Part shown: positions 57,697-64,000 of the stretch, piece after piece
How the letters are laid out: each line of letters opens with the position of its first letter
Position numbering within the stretch: position 1 is the stretch's first letter
Virus record (IMG/VR): IMGVR_UViG_3300032242_003148
Span: 32,001-96,000 of that record
Reading direction: 5' to 3' (one strand)
Origin: a virus
DNA: 64,000 nt
Position numbers and translations under genes: made by a program
The notes under the pieces: generated by a model
Database searches by the model: none
What the model was told of the DNA's origin: nothing
Seen by the model: the letters and a program-made list of their open reading frames with translations, nothing else

Positions 57697-58143
57697 TTAT
57701 AGTTGGTGGTCTACCACAGAAAACACCATTTGAAAGTTTGCCATAAAATCAGGCTCTGCCACCAGGGTCAAATTACAGTTAGTCACAACAACTGTAAATG
57801 TTTGTCCTCCTAATGTAATCTGCTGACTCTTTCCTCTTAAAGATGAAAAAGCCTGTAAAAATCTACTCGCGCCAGGCATAGACCCTGAACAGTCAGAGAA
57901 CAGTATGCCGTTTACTGTTATATTACCCACACCCTTTCCGAAATGTACATATTTAATAACATCATCAAAAGTTAAAAAATACTGAATAGTTTCGCCTAAT
58001 TGCAGTGTTACATCAGAGTAAATTGCAAGTCCACTAGAACCTACGATTCCATCTAACGTAGGTATAGTTAAAACCGAAGAGGCTCCTCCAGTTTGTCTTT
58101 TAAATAGGTCATTACCACCTGCTGAATAGAATGTTGCGGCCAT
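57697..58143 (-). CDS. Tail-tube-fold protein downstream of tape measure
   Basis: ETIQYFLTFDD..YV.FG.GVGNITVNG pattern, plus position. Confidence 0.5.
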   Translation of the reverse strand: MAATFYSAGGNDLFKRQTGGASSVLTIPTLDGIVGSSGLAIYSDVTLQLGETIQYFLTFDDVIKYVHFGKGVGNITVNGILFSDCSGSMPGASRFLQAFSSLRGKSQQITLGGQTFTVVVTNCNLTLVAEPDFMANFQMVFSVVDHQL

Positions 58144-58154
58144 AATGTTTAATA

Positions 58155-61100
58155 TTATACTTTAGTAGCCAAGAGTTCAACCGCTTTTGCTAGTGTGCCG
58201 CCCTGCAATTCCGCCGTTAAAGCAGATAAGCTTTTATTCATATCTGCGGTAGTATCAGCTGCGCTAGCTCCATTACCGGTATCTCCAGTTATTTTTTTCT
58301 TTTCCTCGTCATACTTGTCCCCTGTCTCCGAAATATCTTTTCTAACCTGGTCAAATTTCTCGCTAGAGAGGTCTACGCCATATTTCTTCGCAGCATCACC
58401 TTTTGCATCGAATATTCCTGTGCCTTCTTTAGCATCTTTTATCATTTTCTCTGTGTCTCCCTTATAGTAGTCTTGGATTGCGTTTATTCCCTTACCTACC
58501 GCGGAATCTTTCGTGTCTTTTGCTACTCCAGCTAAAAGTTTATCCAGTCCTCCTAGAAGCTCTTTACCCTCTCCTTTATTGAATTCTTCTAGTGTTATTT
58601 TATCTTTCTGCCCCTCTATTGCAGCTGCGGTTATTGCGGCCGCATCATGCCCTTGCCCTATGGCGTCTTTGCCTGTTTTAAAAGCTTTATCACTACTTAA
58701 AATACCTAGTCTTTTTTCATCCTGTAAGGCCTTTAATTGCTTTTTTTCTGTATCTGTTATGGTTCCTTTTTTCTCCTTATCCGTGAGTGTATCTAGTCGT
58801 TTTAAAGCGTCTGCCGCAGTTTTATCTTTTGTTGAGAAACCGGCAACAGCCATATTTTTAAGATCTTCGGCTGTTACATTTTCTCCTGTGGCTGCAGCTA
58901 ATCCTGCGGCAGTGCCCTTATAATCCTCTGTACCTGCGGACGTTATTGCCTGCTGAAATCCTCCCTTGAGCTTTTCAGCCCCTGCGCCCTCTCCAAACAC
59001 TCCCAGCAATTTCGAGGCCTGGGCATCACTAAAGCTATCGCCGCTAGCTAGTGTTGACATCAATTGTGTTATTGCTGGGGCGTATCTAGCTCCGTATTTT
59101 TTATCGAGCTTTGCGTCTATCTTTGCCTCATCTGCTCTCTTCTTATCTAATTTTTTAAAATACTCTGGATTTAATTGTCTAGCAATTCCCTCGTTGATTG
59201 TGGTGGAATACTGCCCGTATAAATTAGCGGAGTAACCGTCCTTATTCATAAAGGTACCCACATAATCCTTCATTGTTAAATCAGGATCTTTTTTAACCGC
59301 CTCTTTGTAGCCATCGGCAATTTGCTTCTGAACGTATTGAGCCTTGAAGTCTTCTTTGTTTAATTCTGGGTGTTCTTGCTTTGCTTTTTGGTAGGCCGCA
59401 TCAAACCCGGCACGATCTAATTTAACTTTCGTGGAATTAAATATGTGAGAATATAATGAACTCTGTACCCCTTTTTCCATCATGCTTGTGGCGGTACCTG
59501 TGAAGTTTTTATTTTTTTGACCCTCTTCCTTGAAGAAAGTGTTGTTCATCCCGATCATTAATTCGGCCCTACTCATGCCCTCCATACCCGGCTGCTTCAT
59601 TACGGCATCCAATAATTGTGGCATTTGGTTTGGTTTTACACCCTGGGGAAATTGTTTTAATGCTTCCTGTACAGCTGCGGATTTCTTGGCGTCTCCTGCA
59701 AACATCTGTTGTAGAGCTACAAGATTTTGCCCCATATCAGAGCTAAGTAATTTTTGTTGTTCTGATATTTTAGAGGCAACCATGCCCTGAGTGTCTCCTG
59801 CTCTTCTCATGTCTCCGGCACTCATAACTCCAGACATGGCTGATACTGTCTGGAACGCCTTTATACTCATATCAGCAACTGCGCCTGAATTTAAGTTCTG
59901 TAATCTTGGGTTATTTTTAGCCAGGTCCTTGGCAGCATCTATGGTAGCCAACATCGCATTCATGCTAACTCCCGCAACACGAGCAGTAGCCTTCATATCT
60001 CTTAAATACTTTTCAACCTCTGCTGATCCTTTTTTAGAGGACATATCTACCGCAGAGGTTCCCAATAGATCACTTATTTTTCCAACAAGCTCACCGGCTG
60101 ATTTATTACCAAATACAGATCTTGCGGCGCTAAGTGCGCCACCTGAGTTCTGCATAAATTCATCAAATTTTTTACCGACTCCTCCTTTAGTACCAAGCAT
60201 ACCTAACTCCGCAGAAGATTTGAAAGCGGATGTAAAATCCTCTACATTAAATCCTCTGGTGTTAGCAAAATTAATTCCACTATATCTTCCGCCAGCTGCT
60301 TTGTATTGTTGATATTGTGAAGCCTGATATTCTGCATAATTAGAAGCTTTGAGCTTAGCCTCTTGTTCATTTAGAAATTTTGTATCTATCTTTTTGGACG
60401 CCCCGAAACCTAAAATACCTTCGGGGACTTTTACCCCAGAGGCAGCAAGCTGTTCTTTTATTTTTTTATTAGCTGCCGCTCTCTCATCATCTGTGGTGGC
60501 CTTATCATACTCTTGTCTAGCTTGACTGATTATATTTAATCTTACATCTTTAGCTTCACGTCCCTCGCTAATTTTATCAGCTATATCACTTAACTTTGTA
60601 TTTTTAATAGCATTATAGTCTAACCCGGCCTCCTCAATTCCAGCCCTTTGAAGCTCTGTTCTTGTAAGATTACGAATAACCTCAGGCTTAACAACTCCGT
60701 TAGAATCTCTCGCGTTTTTTAACTCTTCTGCTGTGAGATTATTTGCTTTTGTTAGTACCTGCTCAATATGGTCATTAAGCTCCTTAGAGAGTTTTTTATT
60801 AAAATCTTTTGTGCCTCTTCTGGCCTCGTTATCAAGAAGACTAGTTGCATCTTTAGCTAGTCCCTCCATTCTTATTCTACGGTCACGCCCTGTACTTTTT
60901 GCGTCATTAGCGGCATCTTCTGATAAAGCTCCAATACCCGACTGTGTGGCTAGTGCTGGATCACTGAGAAGTCTATTAGTAAACGCACTGTCCATTTTAT
61001 TTGCCACACTACCCATCCCCTCTTTTTGATAAAAACTTTTTTCCAGGGTGCGCATCATTTGAGAGGTTTCATTAGAGTTGACTCCCTCGGGTCTGCCAAA

Positions 61101-61502
61101 GGCACCCATTATATTAGCCCCCTGCAGGCCTGCGTATAGCCCTTGAGCCGCAGCCATAGGATTACCACCAATCATAGGAGATAACAGTCTTGCCACTCCA
61201 CTGTCAGGGGATGCGAAATTTCTACCGAACATTTGCATCGCTGGATTATCTGGATTAAGACCTGCAGCTTTAAACGCCATATTACCAGCAAATTCAGACC
61301 CTTGAAGCCCCATGAACTGTCGGGTTCTAGTTCGCTCTATAGAGGCATCATAGTAGCTCTGTCCCTCTCCTGGGCGAGGTGCATAGTTAAGCCCAAAAGC
61401 CCCAAAAGCTAAGCTATTAATGATAGGATTATCGTAGTTATTACCGTATGGACGATATTGACTATATGTTTCGTATCCTGGAAATGCTGATGGATCTGGC
61501 AT
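58155..61502 (-). CDS. Tape-measure-like protein
   Basis: 1115 aa, helical A/G/K/M-rich, directly downstream of the chaperone pair. Confidence 0.7.
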   Translation of the reverse strand: MPDPSAFPGYETYSQYRPYGNNYDNPIINSLAFGAFGLNYAPRPGEGQSYYDASIERTRTRQFMGLQGSEFAGNMAFKAAGLNPDNPAMQMFGRNFASPDSGVARLLSPMIGGNPMAAAQGLYAGLQGANIMGAFGRPEGVNSNETSQMMRTLEKSFYQKEGMGSVANKMDSAFTNRLLSDPALATQSGIGALSEDAANDAKSTGRDRRIRMEGLAKDATSLLDNEARRGTKDFNKKLSKELNDHIEQVLTKANNLTAEELKNARDSNGVVKPEVIRNLTRTELQRAGIEEAGLDYNAIKNTKLSDIADKISEGREAKDVRLNIISQARQEYDKATTDDERAAANKKIKEQLAASGVKVPEGILGFGASKKIDTKFLNEQEAKLKASNYAEYQASQYQQYKAAGGRYSGINFANTRGFNVEDFTSAFKSSAELGMLGTKGGVGKKFDEFMQNSGGALSAARSVFGNKSAGELVGKISDLLGTSAVDMSSKKGSAEVEKYLRDMKATARVAGVSMNAMLATIDAAKDLAKNNPRLQNLNSGAVADMSIKAFQTVSAMSGVMSAGDMRRAGDTQGMVASKISEQQKLLSSDMGQNLVALQQMFAGDAKKSAAVQEALKQFPQGVKPNQMPQLLDAVMKQPGMEGMSRAELMIGMNNTFFKEEGQKNKNFTGTATSMMEKGVQSSLYSHIFNSTKVKLDRAGFDAAYQKAKQEHPELNKEDFKAQYVQKQIADGYKEAVKKDPDLTMKDYVGTFMNKDGYSANLYGQYSTTINEGIARQLNPEYFKKLDKKRADEAKIDAKLDKKYGARYAPAITQLMSTLASGDSFSDAQASKLLGVFGEGAGAEKLKGGFQQAITSAGTEDYKGTAAGLAAATGENVTAEDLKNMAVAGFSTKDKTAADALKRLDTLTDKEKKGTITDTEKKQLKALQDEKRLGILSSDKAFKTGKDAIGQGHDAAAITAAAIEGQKDKITLEEFNKGEGKELLGGLDKLLAGVAKDTKDSAVGKGINAIQDYYKGDTEKMIKDAKEGTGIFDAKGDAAKKYGVDLSSEKFDQVRKDISETGDKYDEEKKKITGDTGNGASAADTTADMNKSLSALTAELQGGTLAKAVELLATKV

Positions 61503-61504
61503 GA

Positions 61505-61873
61505 TTATTTAGTTGAAGCAGCCTTTTTTTTGGCTTCTTCTAGAAGTTTGCGCATGTCTGAGAGTGATTGTGACGACAGTTCATGTTTAACCCCTATTTT
61601 AAGCTCCTTGGCGAGTTCTGGCAATTTCAATCCAAGGTATAATTGATAGGTGTCCTCTATCATTTTTAAGAGCTTATCGGTCTTGTTAGATAGCCCTGCA
61701 ACCAGCACAGTATCTTTACGTAGTCTCTCCTTAAGGAGGTTCTCGTATTCTTCTCCTTCTAGCCTATATAATATTATTTCTTCTCTTACAGCAGAAGTTC
61801 TCTGTTTATATTCAAAATTCAGCCAGCCACGAAGGTAACCTCTAGTTAACAACCTTACGCGCTGGCTGTCCAA
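61505..61873 (-). CDS. Tail assembly chaperone, -1 frame extension (lambda T-like)
   Basis: No ATG start. Opens in the -1 frame right at the slippery site of the upstream ORF. Confidence 0.65.
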   Translation of the reverse strand: MDSQRVRLLTRGYLRGWLNFEYKQRTSAVREEIILYRLEGEEYENLLKERLRKDTVLVAGLSNKTDKLLKMIEDTYQLYLGLKLPELAKELKIGVKHELSSQSLSDMRKLLEEAKKKAASTK

Positions 61874-62394
61874 AAATTTGTGGTTCTGACCTCGCTTGTT
61901 AGTTTAACCACCTTTGCCTCAAAGTCATTAAATGCAGATAAGAAAGCGGATAGCTTAAATGTTGGCCAATTTAACATGGCCTTGGCTCTTGCCCTAACAT
62001 AAGTTACACCGTCATCTGTAGGCTTGAAGGAGCTCTTGTCTATAGCCTGATATACTTGTCCATCTATCTCCATAAGACATAGAGCAAGTCTGTATGTCGA
62101 AATAGTGATAAAGTATGCATCATTATTTTCAGCGATATCTTTATTTTTATCGTTTTCTATTTGCGCGACCACATCATTATTTTCGGACACGCTCATAGTT
62201 CTGAGTAAAATACTCATTTTTCCTCCGAATAAATCAATCTTTTCAGAATACGGCTGGTCTGAAAGAACGGATTTAAAAAACTTTTCTTTTTCATCTTCCG
62301 TAACTGCAGGACCATTATCTACAGGAGACGAATTTGTGAATCCAGATTCTTCTACGTTTTGAATTTCTTCGTTTGTTTGTTCTTGCTCTTCCAT
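61855..62394 (-). CDS. Tail assembly chaperone (lambda G-like)
   Basis: 179 aa, ends ACA AAT TTT TGG (NFW), upstream of the tape measure. Confidence 0.65.
   Translation of the reverse strand: MEEQEQTNEEIQNVEESGFTNSSPVDNGPAVTEDEKEKFFKSVLSDQPYSEKIDLFGGKMSILLRTMSVSENNDVVAQIENDKNKDIAENNDAYFITISTYRLALCLMEIDGQVYQAIDKSSFKPTDDGVTYVRARAKAMLNWPTFKLSAFLSAFNDFEAKVVKLTSEVRTTNFWTASA
61873..61879 (-). other. Programmed -1 ribosomal frameshift site A-AAT-TTT
   Basis: Canonical X XXY YYZ heptamer in frame 0 of 62394-61855. The -1 frame reads AAA TTT TTG GAC into 61873-61505. Confidence 0.75.
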
Positions 62395-62399
62395 ATGTT

Positions 62400-64000
62400 T
62401 TATTTTTGTATTTTGTATTCGTTTAATGACTTTAGTGTAATTTTACCTGGCTTATTTTCTGATTTAGCTTTGCTTGATGATCCTTTGCCTGAAGGATCGA
62501 CCTGTAGATTTTTAGGAGCTTCCGAAGCCAGATAAAAAGCATCGAACTTATCTTTGCCTGGATATGGAAAACTACTATTAATTTCTTTTTCTTCCCAGGC
62601 ACTCAAACTATATAGTCCTGTAACCTGATCCTCTTGTTGTGCCATCGTGGATGGAATTGCATCTGTTTGTGGATCTATGCTGCCGTAATCCGAAGATGAT
62701 AAAAACTTAAAGTCTAGTTTTTGAAATTTCTCTTCACTCTGGAATACTGTGTTTTGTATTGGGTTGTCTAAATCAGGATAAATTTTTGTGACCTGGTCAA
62801 TGATTTCACTCATTGGTACAATCCCCTTAAGAATATCAATAAAGAAGCTTTTTTTGTCGTACATTACTCCAAGATTTGTATCTTTTTTACCAAACACACT
62901 TCCATTATTACCTGCGTATACTCCGGAACCTCCTGTGGAAATAAATAATGCAGACCCTTCCCCGTCAGCTATCAGATTCTTGCCGTGGGCAATTAATGTA
63001 CCTTTTGAGCTTAAACCTAATAGTTGATTTGCCTCCACAAAAACATTCTGCAGGGATTGGAGTGTTAGGTTTTGCTTTGCGTAATACAAGATCTCTGTTT
63101 CTGCGTAATTATATATACCCACCTTGGATTTGAGTACAATCCCCCCAATATCTGATATGGCATTATCTGCTGGGTCTGGTGAACCTGTGCTGGGTGTCTG
63201 AGAGTTTGACTGCAGTACTATACCTGATTCATCGCTATAAAAATATTGAGATTTTTGTGTTTTTAATCTGAACCCTTTTTCACTAGATGATAAGTCTATG
63301 TCCTCTTTTGATGCAATGCTCGTCCAACCTCCAACTTTAGCAATAAAGTTACGCAGTGGCTGAACTATAAGGTCTTTTGCTGGTTGGATATATATATTTC
63401 CACCCTCCATCACTATCGCGCTATTCCAAGCGTCTCTAATAGTTATCCCGCCATTTGGCATTAAATAAAACCCAGCCGATCTTAGCTTGTACTGCTCTTG
63501 GCCCAACGGAGTATGCTCATCTACGTTTTGAATATCACTTAGCTTTTTTTCTTTATCTAGCTCATCATTAACATAGAAATCTTTTTCATGGGTTTTAAAA
63601 TTTTGGTATGCAGAGACTTCATTGACGTAAGCAACATAATCTCTGATTTGTAAAAAATAATTATAAGGATTACTTTTATATTGATAGTCGTCCGTCCATT
63701 CAAATGCTTCTTTTTTATCGTAAGTTATTTCGGTTGCATCATCTCCTTTTGGATCTTCTGGTGCGCTATATCTGGTCGGTACACGAATCCAGCTAGTTTT
63801 TTCAAGGAATATTTCTTTAACACTTCTAATATGTACCCCTCCGTCTGTGCCTAGATGGAAGTCGAATAAGCCGGTGTCTGGCTTTGTGGGTTTATTCTCT
63901 GGGTTTAAAGTACGAACTTCTTTGTCGTCCGGCTTAACCAAAAAAACATGAAGAAAATCTCCAAGGCGACCAAGAAAAACTTTAAAGCGCTCTATTGCTA
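62400..64000 (-). CDS. Baseplate spike / VgrG-gp5-like protein, 5'-truncated by the window edge
   Basis: Frame open to the window edge (...AIERFKVFLGRLGDFLHVFLVKPDD). Beta-helix-like GGITIRDAWNSAIVMEGGNIYI segment. Confidence 0.55.
   Translation of the reverse strand, partial: AIERFKVFLGRLGDFLHVFLVKPDDKEVRTLNPENKPTKPDTGLFDFHLGTDGGVHIRSVKEIFLEKTSWIRVPTRYSAPEDPKGDDATEITYDKKEAFEWTDDYQYKSNPYNYFLQIRDYVAYVNEVSAYQNFKTHEKDFYVNDELDKEKKLSDIQNVDEHTPLGQEQYKLRSAGFYLMPNGGITIRDAWNSAIVMEGGNIYIQPAKDLIVQPLRNFIAKVGGWTSIASKEDIDLSSSEKGFRLKTQKSQYFYSDESGIVLQSNSQTPSTGSPDPADNAISDIGGIVLKSKVGIYNYAETEILYYAKQNLTLQSLQNVFVEANQLLGLSSKGTLIAHGKNLIADGEGSALFISTGGSGVYAGNNGSVFGKKDTNLGVMYDKKSFFIDILKGIVPMSEIIDQVTKIYPDLDNPIQNTVFQSEEKFQKLDFKFLSSSDYGSIDPQTDAIPSTMAQQEDQVTGLYSLSAWEEKEINSSFPYPGKDKFDAFYLASEAPKNLQVDPSGKGSSSKAKSENKPGKITLKSLNEYKIQK

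Noticed and set aside
54621-61029. Many plus-strand ORFs of 80-180 aa (for example 54621-55169, 58513-58923, 59791-60312)
   Set aside because: They are antisense shadows of long minus-strand genes, Ser/Phe/Leu-rich with no motifs.

Overview
This window is 64 kb of a large tailed (myovirus-like, contractile-tail) bacteriophage genome, nearly all encoded on the minus strand. From left to right: (i) a ubiquitin-like small ORF, an antirepressor-like gene and a GP88-family gene; (ii) a replication/recombination block (UDG-fused family A DNA polymerase, DnaB-like helicase, primase, SF2 helicase, Rad50/SbcC and Mre11/SbcD); (iii) an uncharacterised Ycf46-like AAA ATPase / DUF3150 / DUF1257 / DUF2997 cluster; (iv) a plus-strand terminase large subunit; (v) an RNA-gene island at about 24-35 kb; (vi) the tail/baseplate block, with five tandem paralogues, a 1897-aa Ig-repeat protein, baseplate J, gp25-like, an embedded sigma factor, hub, tape measure and a chaperone pair with a -1 slippery site. 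The RNA island holds six tRNAs and a tmRNA gene (33217-32130) whose T-loop is split by a 653-nt group I intron carrying an antisense LAGLIDADG endonuclease. It also holds a dozen or more unexplained 65-190 nt structured non-coding modules, each closed by a terminal helix. The tmRNA tag (ANSNE...LLAA), the SD-less AC-rich leaders and the Ig-repeat style suggest a Verrucomicrobiota/PVC host (inference). Family assignments come from motifs recognised by eye, not from database searches.
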